Source: Methanomicrobiales archaeon | GTDB taxonomy: Archaea > Halobacteriota > Methanomicrobia > Methanomicrobiales > JACTUA01 | DNA: 64,000 nucleotides | Assembly (NCBI GenBank): GCA_015660865.1 | Contig: JACTUA010000001.1 | Span: 200,304-264,303, forward strand | Reading direction: 5' to 3' | Part shown: positions 37,150 through 50,237 of the stretch, piece after piece | Numbering within the stretch: position 1 is the first letter of the stretch | How the letters are laid out: every line of letters starts with the position of its first letter | Position numbers and translations under genes: made by a program | The notes under the pieces: generated by a model | Told to the model about the DNA's origin: nothing | What the model saw: the letters and a program-made list of their open reading frames with translations, nothing else | The model's database searches: none

Positions 37150-38726
37150 CGGGGGTTGGTAAACTCTTGATCGAAAGGGGTGTTCTCTCGAGAATTTACT
37201 TCTCCAAGGAGCATGTATCGCGCCACCAGCTTGACTCCTTCAACAACTTTCTCGAGCATAATCTCCAGAAGGTGGTAAACGAGCAGAAGATCATCCAGAC
37301 CGACATCGATTCCCGGGGGAAGAGCAGGGATCCTGTCTGGGTCGAACTGGGGACCATCACCGTCGAGAAACCGGTTGTCCGGGAGGCGGACGGGTCCCAG
37401 GGGAGCCTCTTCCCCAGCGAGGCGAGGCTGCGGAACCTCACCTACGCGGCTCCCATCTACCTCACCATGACCCTCAGGCACGGGGAGACCCGGCAGGACC
37501 CGGTGGTGGCAAACATCGGCCAGCTGCCGGTCATGGTCGGCTCCCGGAAGTGCAACCTCTTCGGGCTCTCTGATGGTGAGCGGATCGCCCATGGCGAAGA
37601 CCCCCTGGACCCGGGCGGATACTTCATCATCAACGGGACTGAGCGGGTCCTCATGACCCTCGAGGACCTCGCGTCGAACAAGATCATGACCGAATTCACG
37701 GAGCGGTACAACGAACGGATCTACGTCGCAAAGGTCTTCTCCCAGTTCCGCGGCTACCGTGCACTCGTCGTCGTCGAGAGGAACCGGAAGAACCTCCTCG
37801 AGGTATCCTTCCCCTCGGTCGCCGGCCACCTCAGGTTCGTCGACCTCATGAAGGCGCTCGGGCATGCGTCGGACCATGATATCGTGGAGGCCGTCTCCAC
37901 CGACGAGGAGATCCTCACCTTCATGATGCAGAACCTCGAGGAGAGCGAGTGCGACTCGGTGGAGAGTGGGATCATGTACGTGGGGAAGAAGCTCGCCCCG
38001 AACCAGACCCGGGACTACCAGAAGAAGCGGGCCGAGTTCGTCCTCGACAATTACCTCCTCCCGCACCTGAACTACCTCATGCCCGTAGGCGTGAAGGAAG
38101 GGGACCCCGGCTACCGGCAGGCCGTCGACAGCGTCCGGCTCGCAAAGGCCCACTTCCTGGGCCGGATGGCCGAGTCCTGCTTCGACCTGGTGCTCAACCG
38201 CCGGAGGATCGATGACAAGGACCATTATGCAAACAAGAGGCTCAAGCTCGCCGGGGACCTGATGGAGGATCTCTTCCGGATCTCCCTGAACCGGCTCACC
38301 CGGGACATCAAGTACCAGCTCGAGCGGGCATCGATGCGCCACCGCGACCTCTCCATCGGAACCGCGGTCAGGGCCGATGTCCTCACCGAGCGGCTCCTCC
38401 ACCCCCTCGCAACCGGTAACTGGGTCGGCGGGAGGACCGGCGTCTCACAACTCCTCGACCGGGTGGACCACATGTCCGTGCTCTCCCACCTGCGCAGGGT
38501 CATCTCCCCCCTCTCCCGTTCCCAGCCCCACTTCGAGGCACGCGACCTGCACCCCACCCAGTGGGGCAGGATCTGCCCGAGCGAGACCCCCGAGGGCCCG
38601 AACTGCGGCCTCGTCAAGAACTTCGCCCAGATGGTGGAGATCAGCCGCGGGGTGGACGACGACACCGAGGTGCCGAGGCTCCTCTACACCCTTGGCGTCG
38701 AGCAGATCAGGAGGGAGACCGCATGA
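37146..38726 (+). CDS. rpoB2: DNA-directed RNA polymerase subunit B'' (N-terminal half of Rpo2)
   Basis: GTGA overlap with rpo[22 protein letters not shown] and [16 protein letters not shown] motifs. Split-B arrangement as in methanogens and halophiles. Confidence 0.95.
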   Translation: MTGVGKLLIERGVLSRIYFSKEHVSRHQLDSFNNFLEHNLQKVVNEQKIIQTDIDSRGKSRDPVWVELGTITVEKPVVREADGSQGSLFPSEARLRNLTYAAPIYLTMTLRHGETRQDPVVANIGQLPVMVGSRKCNLFGLSDGERIAHGEDPLDPGGYFIINGTERVLMTLEDLASNKIMTEFTERYNERIYVAKVFSQFRGYRALVVVERNRKNLLEVSFPSVAGHLRFVDLMKALGHASDHDIVEAVSTDEEILTFMMQNLEESECDSVESGIMYVGKKLAPNQTRDYQKKRAEFVLDNYLLPHLNYLMPVGVKEGDPGYRQAVDSVRLAKAHFLGRMAESCFDLVLNRRRIDDKDHYANKRLKLAGDLMEDLFRISLNRLTRDIKYQLERASMRHRDLSIGTAVRADVLTERLLHPLATGNWVGGRTGVSQLLDRVDHMSVLSHLRRVISPLSRSQPHFEARDLHPTQWGRICPSETPEGPNCGLVKNFAQMVEISRGVDDDTEVPRLLYTLGVEQIRRETA

Positions 38727-40537
38727 AGAAGTCACGGGTATTCGTGGACGGTGCCCTCATCGGCCTCGTCGAGAACCCGAGGGATCTCGTCTCGGGCTTG
38801 AGAAGGATGCGGAGGAAGGGCGAGATCCCGACCGAGATCAACGTCTCCTTCAAGGAATACAACGGGGACGTCATCATCCACACCGACCGCGGGCGGGCGA
38901 GGCGGCCCCTTATCGTCCTCGAGAAGGGGAAGCCCCTCATCACCCCCGACGATATCGCGAAGCTGAAGGACGGGCTCATCCCCTTCGACGACCTGGTGAA
39001 GCGTGGCCTGATCGAGTTCATCGATGCCGAGGAAGAGGAGGACCTCTACATCGCCATCCACGAGCGCGAGATCACCCCCGAGCACACCCACCTGGAGATC
39101 GATCCCTCCCTCATCCTGGGCATCGCCGCGGCCCATGTCCCCTTCCCCGAGCACAACGCAAGCCCCAGGGTCACGATGGGAGCAGGGATGGTGAAGCAGG
39201 CCCTCGGCTTCGCCGCAGCGAACATGAAGCTCCGGCCTGATACCCGGGGACACCTCCTCCACTATGCGGAGCGGCCCATCGTCCACACGAGCACCTCGGA
39301 CTCGATCGGTTCCGATGACCGGCCCGCAGGGCAGAACTTCGTGGTGGCCATCCTCTCCTACGAGGGGTACAACATAGAAGATGCCCTCATCTTTAACCGG
39401 GCCGCCATCGACCGTGGCCTCGGCCGCTCCCACTTCTTCAGGACCTATGAGGGAGAAGAGCGCCGGTACCCGGGCGGCCAGGTGGACAAGATCCAGATCC
39501 CGGACGAGGAGGTGACCGGTGCCCATGGGGCGGAGTTCTACCAGCACCTTGACGCCGACGGGATCATCAATCCCGAGACGGTGGTCCTCGAGAAGGACGT
39601 CCTGATCGGGAAGACCTCCCCGCCCAGGTTCCTCGAGGAGCCCTCCGGGGAGCTCATCTCCGTTGAGAAGCGGAGGGATACCTCGGTCACCATGCGGTCC
39701 AACGAGAGGGGGATCATCGACACGGTCATCATCACCGAAGGTGAGAACAGCGCACGCCTGGTGAAGGTTCGGACGAGGGACCTCCGGGTGCCCGAGGTCG
39801 GCGACAAGTTCGCCTCACGCCACGGGCAGAAGGGGGTCATCGGCCTCATCGCACCCCAGGAGGACATGCCCTTCACCGAGAGCGGTATCACCCCGGACAT
39901 CGTGATCAACCCCCATGCCATCCCGAGCAGGATGACCATCGGGCACATGCTCGAGATGCTCGGCGGCAAGGTGGGATCGATGGAAGGAAGGCGGATCAAT
40001 GCAACCGCCTTCTCCGGCGAGTCCGAGACCGATCTCAGGGCATCCCTGAAGCAGCTCGGTTTCTCCCACACCGGCCGCGAGGTGATGTACGACGGGATCA
40101 CGGGGAGATCCTTTGCAACCGACATCTACGTCGGTATCATCTACTACCAGAAGCTCTACCACATGGTCTCATCGAAGATGCACGCCCGTTCGCGGGGCCC
40201 GGTCCAGGTCCTCACCCGCCAGCCCACCGAGGGGCGCGCGAGGGAGGGCGGACTCCGGTTCGGTGAGATGGAGCGCGATGTCATGATCGGGCACGGGGCC
40301 GCCATGGCCCTGAAGGAGCGGCTCCTCGATGAGTCGGATAAGGTCGTCCAGTACGTCTGCGCCCACTGCGGGATGATCGCGATGCTCGACCGGAAGCAGA
40401 ATATCACCCGGTGCCTGGCATGCGGCGGTGAGACCGACATCTACCCTGTCGAGATGAGCTATGCCTTCAAGCTCCTCCTGGACGAGATGAAGTCCATGGG
40501 TATCGCCCCCCGGCTGAAACTGGAAGATATGGTGTAG
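38723..40537 (+). CDS. rpoB1: DNA-directed RNA polymerase subunit B' (C-terminal half of Rpo2)
   Basis: ATGA overlap with rpoB2. [23 protein letters not shown] and the C-terminal Zn ribbon CAHCG..CLACGG. Confidence 0.95.
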   Translation: MKKSRVFVDGALIGLVENPRDLVSGLRRMRRKGEIPTEINVSFKEYNGDVIIHTDRGRARRPLIVLEKGKPLITPDDIAKLKDGLIPFDDLVKRGLIEFIDAEEEEDLYIAIHEREITPEHTHLEIDPSLILGIAAAHVPFPEHNASPRVTMGAGMVKQALGFAAANMKLRPDTRGHLLHYAERPIVHTSTSDSIGSDDRPAGQNFVVAILSYEGYNIEDALIFNRAAIDRGLGRSHFFRTYEGEERRYPGGQVDKIQIPDEEVTGAHGAEFYQHLDADGIINPETVVLEKDVLIGKTSPPRFLEEPSGELISVEKRRDTSVTMRSNERGIIDTVIITEGENSARLVKVRTRDLRVPEVGDKFASRHGQKGVIGLIAPQEDMPFTESGITPDIVINPHAIPSRMTIGHMLEMLGGKVGSMEGRRINATAFSGESETDLRASLKQLGFSHTGREVMYDGITGRSFATDIYVGIIYYQKLYHMVSSKMHARSRGPVQVLTRQPTEGRAREGGLRFGEMERDVMIGHGAAMALKERLLDESDKVVQYVCAHCGMIAMLDRKQNITRCLACGGETDIYPVEMSYAFKLLLDEMKSMGIAPRLKLEDMV

Positions 40538-40547
40538 GAGGTGCGTG

Positions 40548-44353
<3,806 letters not shown>

Positions 44354-44363
44354 GAGAATCGCA

Positions 44364-44654
44364 ATGGATTTCAACATCTCACTGAGGAGAGCACTAAAGA
44401 CCGGGAAAGTGTTCCTGGGACAGAACAGCACAAGAACATGCATCACCGAGGGAAAGGCACGGCTCGTCGTCGTGGCATCCAACTGCCCCGGGGACTTCCG
44501 GAAGTTCCTCGAGACCACGAAGGATGTACCGGTCCATGTCTTCGCGGGCTCCGGCGTCCAGCTCGGCATGGCCTGCGGGAAGCCCTTCCTCGTCTCGGCC
44601 CTCGCCGTCGTAGAGCCCGGCGAGTCGGACATCCTCACCCTTGCGAGGTCCTGA
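44364..44654 (+). CDS. rpl30e: 50S ribosomal protein L30e
   Basis: LRRALKTGKVFLGQNST..ARLVVVASNCP. Canonical position after rpoA2. Confidence 0.9.
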   Translation: MDFNISLRRALKTGKVFLGQNSTRTCITEGKARLVVVASNCPGDFRKFLETTKDVPVHVFAGSGVQLGMACGKPFLVSALAVVEPGESDILTLARS

Positions 44655-44655
44655 C

Positions 44656-45087
44656 ATGGGCGAGATCATCCTCTCCGAGGACTGCATGCGCCTCATGTCG
44701 CAGTTCGAGCAGCTGACGGGCGCGAGCAGCCGCGACTGCATCATCGATGACCGGAACGGCCGCATCATCCTCGTCGTGAACCCCGGCGAGATGGGGCGGG
44801 CCATCGGGAAGAAGGGCGCCTCCATCAAGAAGGCCTCGGAGGTGATGGGGAAGAAGATCGAGGTGGTCGAGTACTCCCCCAGCCCCGAGCAGTTCATCAG
44901 GAACTGCTTCCTCCCCGCCAAAGTGAACACCCTCGAGTTCGAGGGCGAGGGCGAAGAAAGGGTCGCGAAGGTGACGGTGCGGGACGAGGACAAGGGCATC
45001 GCCATCGGCAAGGAAGGGAAGAACATCTTCAAGGCCAAGCGCCTCGCCCAGCGCCAGCACAGCATCGCCGACGTAAGGCTGGTGTAA
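44656..45087 (+). CDS. nusA: archaeal NusA-like KH-domain transcription factor
   Basis: Two KH motifs (GRAIGKKGASIKK, GIAIGKEGKNIFK). Canonical position after L30e. Confidence 0.9.
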   Translation: MGEIILSEDCMRLMSQFEQLTGASSRDCIIDDRNGRIILVVNPGEMGRAIGKKGASIKKASEVMGKKIEVVEYSPSPEQFIRNCFLPAKVNTLEFEGEGEERVAKVTVRDEDKGIAIGKEGKNIFKAKRLAQRQHSIADVRLV

Positions 45088-45089
45088 CT

Positions 45090-45107
45090 CCTTTTTTTAT
45101 CTTTTTA
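45090..45107 (+). terminator. T-tract terminator candidate after nusA
   Basis: CTTTTTTTATCTTTTT lies immediately after the nusA stop. Archaeal terminators are oligo-T tracts. Confidence 0.35.
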
Positions 45108-45246
45108 CCAATTGGTTAGTTTGTCTTCAGGGACTAAGATGATCAATGCTGCAAAGGATCCCGAGGACCAACCTTCACAAAATCTAGATGGCAGCGGGCT
45201 AAGTTATAAATAACCTTAGTGCTAGTGATTATTCGTAACCAAATTT

Positions 45247-46125
45247 ATGCCAGAGCCCGCGTCAACGTCAATATTATCAATCGCATTACCGCCTATTTTT
45301 GAGACTTTTTTAACGAAATTAGGCAGCTTGATTGATTTAAAGGACTTATGGAGAATATTTTGGTTAAATCGACACTTAGAAAAGAAAGCAGAAGATAAGA
45401 TGGTGGTTGATGATATTTTGGATTTAAAATCCCGATTAATCGATGCGATAAAAAAATCTGATTACGAGCGAATGAACTTTTTATTGTATGCGATGCTGCA
45501 TAAATGCGATCAAATGTCTCCAGCTGCTAGAACAGCCGTTGCATTATCTATCGAAGATAGCTTGATATCTTTTTCTTCGATGCCTAATCTTTTAGAAGAT
45601 GGTCTTTTTACAATATTCGCAATCTCTATGAAGTTTTTACCGGAATGGGAAGAAAAATATCATCCGATATATACAAAGAAAGGTGATATGCTATTTTTCA
45701 CCTTTTCACCTGCGCAAGACATTTTTCAAGATTCACTTTTTTCTGCATCGAGTGTTGTATTGGGGCTCATTTATAGGATTATAATTAAATCTTCAGAATT
45801 ATCGGAAAAAAATTTAATACGTTGCAGTAACTTCTTATTATTTCTTTTAGCCGGAGATTTGGACTTAAACAAAAGAAGTAAGTTCTTTTACACGTCGATT
45901 TTACTGATCATTGTACAACTTGCCGCCAAAGCGAAGTCATTAAAGTTAGAGCCTTTAAACGAGAAATTATTTGTACTGCTTAAAAAATTTGATAAAAATT
46001 GGTTAGATGAAATATTGAAAATTAGTCTGGAGAAAGCAAATCCGTTCGCAAAAATGGGAGATATCGACGTTATACTTGCAACAAAAAATGAAATTCTTTC
46101 TTTAAGGGACGAATTGAACAAATGA
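45247..46125 (+). CDS. hypothetical all-helical protein (AT-rich island gene 1)
   Basis: 292-aa ORF in AT-rich DNA with Lys/Ile/Leu/Phe-rich composition unlike its neighbours. TATA-like GTTATAAATAA lies about 40 nt upstream. No motif recognised. Confidence 0.5.
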   Translation: MPEPASTSILSIALPPIFETFLTKLGSLIDLKDLWRIFWLNRHLEKKAEDKMVVDDILDLKSRLIDAIKKSDYERMNFLLYAMLHKCDQMSPAARTAVALSIEDSLISFSSMPNLLEDGLFTIFAISMKFLPEWEEKYHPIYTKKGDMLFFTFSPAQDIFQDSLFSASSVVLGLIYRIIIKSSELSEKNLIRCSNFLLFLLAGDLDLNKRSKFFYTSILLIIVQLAAKAKSLKLEPLNEKLFVLLKKFDKNWLDEILKISLEKANPFAKMGDIDVILATKNEILSLRDELNK

Positions 46126-46231
46126 GTATCGTAATTTTAGGTATGGATGCCCTTGGGGATTTTATCGGATCCCCTCGTTCCGGATTTCTACCCAACTATA
46201 AGCCGGTGGACTTTCCGGGGAAAACCTGGAC

Positions 46232-46420
46232 GCTCTCGGGGGAGGGAGGTTTCATAAGAAACCGACCTCGAGCGACGAAGTCGCGAGCTTCGCCCCCGCC
46301 GCGGGCACCCCCCCGTAGTGTACTGAGATATCCGGAAATACTTTTTCCCATATGATCTGATGCCCAGTTATTGGGCCTATCCCCACGCGGGGGACGCCAC
46401 AGCGGCGGGGGTGAGGGCGA
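46232..46420. repeat. GC-rich inverted-repeat (MITE-like) element, copy B, with a ~44-nt two-hairpin insert
   Basis: Shares GCTCTCGGGGGA..CTTCGCCCCCGCCGCGGGCAC(C)CCCCGTAGTGTACT and GGGCCTATCCCCAC..GGGGGACGCCACAGCGGCGGGGGTGAG with 31031-31192. The insert is GGGAGGTTTCATAAGAAACCGACCTCGAGCGACGAAGTCGCGAG. Confidence 0.55.
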
Positions 46421-46421
46421 T

Positions 46422-46802
46422 ATGGCAATAATTTATTGCTCTGAAGAATTAATCAAATCGCTAATGACCGATATTTGTATCGAATATTATGACTTTTTGT
46501 TTTTAGTTGGTATTATCACTGCATTTATAATAGAACTTGTAATCGGCACCCTTGCCATTCGTTGGCTTTTGAGAAGGCATGCAATGATGACGCATCAACC
46601 CTTTAATACTGCCGGACACGTATCACGATTCTTAACAGCTATTATTACAGGCGCTGTAAGTGGTTCTATTGTATATTATCTTGTAAAGGAGCCATCTCCT
46701 GATTTTGTTGGGACAATACTGATAATGATGATGCTGTTAATTTTCATAGTTGTCATGTATTTCATTAGTTTGGGTGTTGAAATCTACTTTTCACAACAAT
46801 AA
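46422..46802 (+). CDS. hypothetical small membrane protein (AT-rich island gene 2)
   Basis: 126 aa from ATG 46422. Three hydrophobic segments. The 17 upstream codons of the ORF-track entry lie inside the GC-rich repeat. Confidence 0.45.
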   Translation: MAIIYCSEELIKSLMTDICIEYYDFLFLVGIITAFIIELVIGTLAIRWLLRRHAMMTHQPFNTAGHVSRFLTAIITGAVSGSIVYYLVKEPSPDFVGTILIMMMLLIFIVVMYFISLGVEIYFSQQ

Positions 46803-46877
46803 TTGGCTTTTTTGAGGGACGAGCGACCCTAATGCTCTGGAACTCTCTTTTTGGAGATTTTTTCGGGTGAACAAAAT

Positions 46878-46961
46878 GCGCGTGGGAAGGGAGGTTTCAT
46901 AAGAACCCGTCCCGAGCGACGAAGTCGCGAGTTCACCCCCGCAGCTCAGGCACCCCATTGC
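46878..46961. repeat. partial copy C of the GC-rich element (two-hairpin module plus left arm)
   Basis: GGGAAGGGAGGTTTCATAAGAACCCGTCCCGAGCGACGAAGTCGCGAGTTCACCCCCGCAGCTCAGGCACCCC is a direct repeat of 46241-46310. Confidence 0.5.
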
Positions 46962-47060
46962 TATGGGCTGATACAAAGTAAAACAACTTTTTAAACAGAA
47001 ACCTTTTATAAATGGCCCAAAACCATTGTGTATAGAGATTTGACTCCTCGGAGCCAATAT

Positions 47061-48917
47061 ATGTCAGAAATATCACCAAAACCTTATCCACCCAATAGCG
47101 ATCTTGAACAAATGGCGATAACAACATTTGAGAGTTTATTAGATTTGAAAACAGTCTTCCCAAGAATTTCACGAAATGATAAAATACCCGATATTGACGG
47201 ATGTCTGGTTTTATGTGATATTAATAAAGTTCCAATAGCGAAATTAGAAGTCCAAATTAAAAAATTACCTGATGGAAATTCAGATGACCCCAAAATTCCT
47301 TGCCCCTTATCAATTTTCGGCTATGCAAAAATGGCAATTGTCCCTGTTCTTTTGATCTCTGTGGATGTTGACAAAAGCATTGCGTATTGGATCCATATTG
47401 ACGATGCGTTATTCTCAAAGTATCGTGATTCAATCACCGAAATACAAAAAACGGTCTTAATCCACTTTCCCCATGAAAACTACATTGATGGAAAAGATTT
47501 GAATTATCTAACTAAATGGAAACAAATTTATGAGGATAAACGAGGGAAGATCGAAAACTTTGATCGAATAGAACGTGAAAATGCATTACTGAAAGAATTT
47601 TCTAATCCAATCTTGGGAAAGGAAAGTCCTCATATTAAAGAAATTCATCGGTTTTTAGATGATCTGAATTATTTTTTAGATACGCAATTTCCGATTGTTA
47701 AAAAAGTGTTTTTTAAAAATGCATGGAAGGTGGGCATAGCGTATTTTGAGTATTCAAACGATCGCCTCTCGTATTCCTTGTTCCCGATTCCCTCCGATAA
47801 AAACGACGTTCAGATAAAAATTATTGATGAGCCTCTTAAAAGGAAATTGAGCAAAGAGCACTACGATACTACAGGACATTATCGAGAAAATCCGATAAAA
47901 AGACGATCTCGTGATTATGCTCTTGAGATAATTGAATCTAGAATTTCACGAATTTTACAATATCATCTTCTTAATCATAAGAATGAATTTTTAGCGCGAG
48001 AGTTCATCTTTGCGTTTATAGACCAATTTTACGTCCAATTAGGCCTTAAAATTAAAAATGAATACACAGTTGAAGAAATCGATATGGCTTTTTTCCGCTT
48101 CTTGCCCCATTGGACTGCCGAAGCAATTCAACACCTAATGCAAGGTAAAGGGAAAAATAAGGTTGGCCCGTCAAATCCCATATTTCGAAAATTATTCATT
48201 GATCCTGATTTGATTAATTGTCTCATAATGCCCAATGAACAACAAATCATTATCGAACGTGTACTAAATCGATTAGCCAATAACAACCCAACGCCAATAA
48301 TTCCGTTAGGCAACGAAAAGTTACCCTTCGGTACATTTTTTGAATTATTTACGTTCTTAAAATCCCTCGGAATAGTTTCAATTCAAAGAATTTATTCCCC
48401 CAAAGATTATGGCCGGTTGCGCACGAGATCAAATTGGATGTGGAATGTTTATTCACCAGAACAAATAAAAGAAAATTTGTCTATCTTTTTCGCTAATTTA
48501 AATAACGTTTATACAAGTCTTGTTTATCAAAATTTTTTCGAAATTAAAGATAACCTACCGATATTCGGTAAGGCAAATAGAATTGTTGCAGTGTACTCAG
48601 TTGAAGAAGACTATGATATGCAACACTTTCCATCTCTACATTGTTATTTCCTTTTTGATGAATCGCTTGGCAGAAAAATTGTTTTCGAATTATACAATAA
48701 AACCGAAGTGCCAGACATCCCCTCTATGCAGGAGATAAAATCAGATCAGGACTTCTTAATCAATGGAAGAAAGTACCCGATTATCGCTTTGAGTCAGGAA
48801 ATCTTAGAATTTATTTTCAAAGATTTGCCAATGACGGATTATTGTTATGATTTGCTTCAAAGAAATTTGAAGAATTATTTCCATAATAGGAAAGAAGAAA
48901 GGAAAAGCTTAGGATAA
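47061..48917 (+). CDS. large hypothetical protein with DUF4365-like (restriction-endonuclease-fold) N-terminus (AT-rich island gene 3)
   Basis: EQMAITTFESLL..KIPDIDGCLVL..AKLEVQIKK matches the E..D.DG..(E)VQ.K pattern of DUF4365-type PD-(D/E)xK domains. About 480 further residues have no recognised motif. ATG 47061 follows GGAG. GTG 47028 is an alternative start. Confidence 0.6.
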   Translation: MSEISPKPYPPNSDLEQMAITTFESLLDLKTVFPRISRNDKIPDIDGCLVLCDINKVPIAKLEVQIKKLPDGNSDDPKIPCPLSIFGYAKMAIVPVLLISVDVDKSIAYWIHIDDALFSKYRDSITEIQKTVLIHFPHENYIDGKDLNYLTKWKQIYEDKRGKIENFDRIERENALLKEFSNPILGKESPHIKEIHRFLDDLNYFLDTQFPIVKKVFFKNAWKVGIAYFEYSNDRLSYSLFPIPSDKNDVQIKIIDEPLKRKLSKEHYDTTGHYRENPIKRRSRDYALEIIESRISRILQYHLLNHKNEFLAREFIFAFIDQFYVQLGLKIKNEYTVEEIDMAFFRFLPHWTAEAIQHLMQGKGKNKVGPSNPIFRKLFIDPDLINCLIMPNEQQIIIERVLNRLANNNPTPIIPLGNEKLPFGTFFELFTFLKSLGIVSIQRIYSPKDYGRLRTRSNWMWNVYSPEQIKENLSIFFANLNNVYTSLVYQNFFEIKDNLPIFGKANRIVAVYSVEEDYDMQHFPSLHCYFLFDESLGRKIVFELYNKTEVPDIPSMQEIKSDQDFLINGRKYPIIALSQEILEFIFKDLPMTDYCYDLLQRNLKNYFHNRKEERKSLG

Positions 48918-49157
48918 CATTTCCAAGTGCATCCCTTATGCACCCGGAATGTTTTCAAATCCATTTTCTCAGAAGTATGAGACAGTATCGAAAATATGAA
49001 GATTTTACCCCCTTGCCCCCAACCCACCTGCCGCCGCCTGCTGGGGAGAGCACGGTCTTACACTCGGGCCGCCATTAAAGCATCTCCTATGGAGGCGGGC
49101 ATCCGCGATGGGGAAGGCCTTGCCTGCAGCAATCAGTCCCGCCCACCTCCAGCCCTA

Positions 49158-50237
49158 TTAGGCCGCCTCCACAGCGCGGGTCAGGAAAGGACTCTTCCCC
49201 CTCATCTTCCCCCACGCCCTCACCAGCCCGAAGCAGCCGGTGAGCATCATGTCCCCATAGGGTGCAGCCTGGTAGGCATCGGGGAGGATCCCTTTCCGGT
49301 TCGGGCCGGTGACCGCCAGGTATTTGCTCGGATGCGGCCGGTGTACCCTGGCCCCATGTCCTCCATCCCTGAAAATCTCCTCGTTTGTTAATGTCCCTTC
49401 ACGGAGCTTCCCGATGAGGGAGAGGAGGTGGGCGCGATCCAGGGAATGCGTGTGATGCTCGACGATCCCACAGACCTCCTCCCCGTGGAGGTTCACGCAG
49501 AAGGTATGGGCATTCCCGGCGTTCACAAGGGTGACGCCGTCCTGTGCCCGTTCCTTCACCCAGGGATCGCAGAGTGCCCCGAGGAGAGCGGCTGGGCCGG
49601 TGTCGATGACGAGCGACCCGGGCGCCTGTCCCCGGAGGGCCGCCATCCGGGTCATGGTCGGGAGGGGCGGGTCCCGGGCGAGGGCCCAGATCTGCCAGTC
49701 TCCCTCCTCCAGGAGATCCCCCATGACCCTGAACCGGTGGAGGCGGTTGCTCTCCGCCGGGGAGAAGCCATGGTCCTGCACGGCGAAGGCATGGTCAACC
49801 GGGTATGGTACCCCGAAGGCGCGGAGGGCCACCCTGATTTCAGCCTCCATGTAATCGGTGGTGCGGACGAGGGTTGTATCAGGGGGCTGGCTGGAGACGA
49901 GCTGGATGCCAAGGGACCTTACCTTCTCGAGGTTGTCATGGATGGTGAGGGCCGCGGGCTCTGTCGCAAAAACGGAGAGCCCTTTCCTGAGATGCTCGGA
50001 AACGGCCTGGACCGAGTCCCCGCCTCCCATGGTGTACCCGTCCAGGAAAATGGCCTCGCCCCTCGCACCCGCTTCGCGGATCCTCTGCGCAACGACGGCC
50101 GTCGGCGCCGGGAGGACCATCTTCACGCAGTTCTCGACGGGGCGGCCCGGGTCGTAGACGAGGACGTCCTGGGTCCCCCGCCCGATGTCGACGGCGAGGA
50201 GGGTCATGCCGGGCTGCGCGAGGGGGTCTTGCTCCAT
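49158..50237 (-). CDS. DUF1786-like ASKHA (actin-fold) family protein
   Basis: LLAVDIGRGTQDVLVY (phosphate-1-like), VIDTGPAALLGA and LVNAGNAHT. The size and sequence resemble archaeal DUF1786 proteins. It overlaps the nrdD 3' end by 34 nt. Confidence 0.55.
   Translation of the reverse strand: MEQDPLAQPGMTLLAVDIGRGTQDVLVYDPGRPVENCVKMVLPAPTAVVAQRIREAGARGEAIFLDGYTMGGGDSVQAVSEHLRKGLSVFATEPAALTIHDNLEKVRSLGIQLVSSQPPDTTLVRTTDYMEAEIRVALRAFGVPYPVDHAFAVQDHGFSPAESNRLHRFRVMGDLLEEGDWQIWALARDPPLPTMTRMAALRGQAPGSLVIDTGPAALLGALCDPWVKERAQDGVTLVNAGNAHTFCVNLHGEEVCGIVEHHTHSLDRAHLLSLIGKLREGTLTNEEIFRDGGHGARVHRPHPSKYLAVTGPNRKGILPDAYQAAPYGDMMLTGCFGLVRAWGKMRGKSPFLTRAVEAA

Noticed and set aside
38561-38722. Upstream extensions of rpoB1 (38561..) and rpoA2 (42782..43189), and the first 47 codons of the permease ORF (8081..8221).
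   Set aside because: The extensions overlap the preceding conserved genes out of frame, or are non-hydrophobic leader sequence. Internal ATGs with ATGA overlaps or Shine-Dalgarno-like sites give canonical N-termini.
46122-46421. ORF 46122..46355 and the first 17 codons of ORF 46371..46802.
   Set aside because: Both lie inside GC-rich repeat copy B. Their Gly/Arg/Pro-rich translation is repeat-derived, and homologous repeat copies elsewhere are non-coding.
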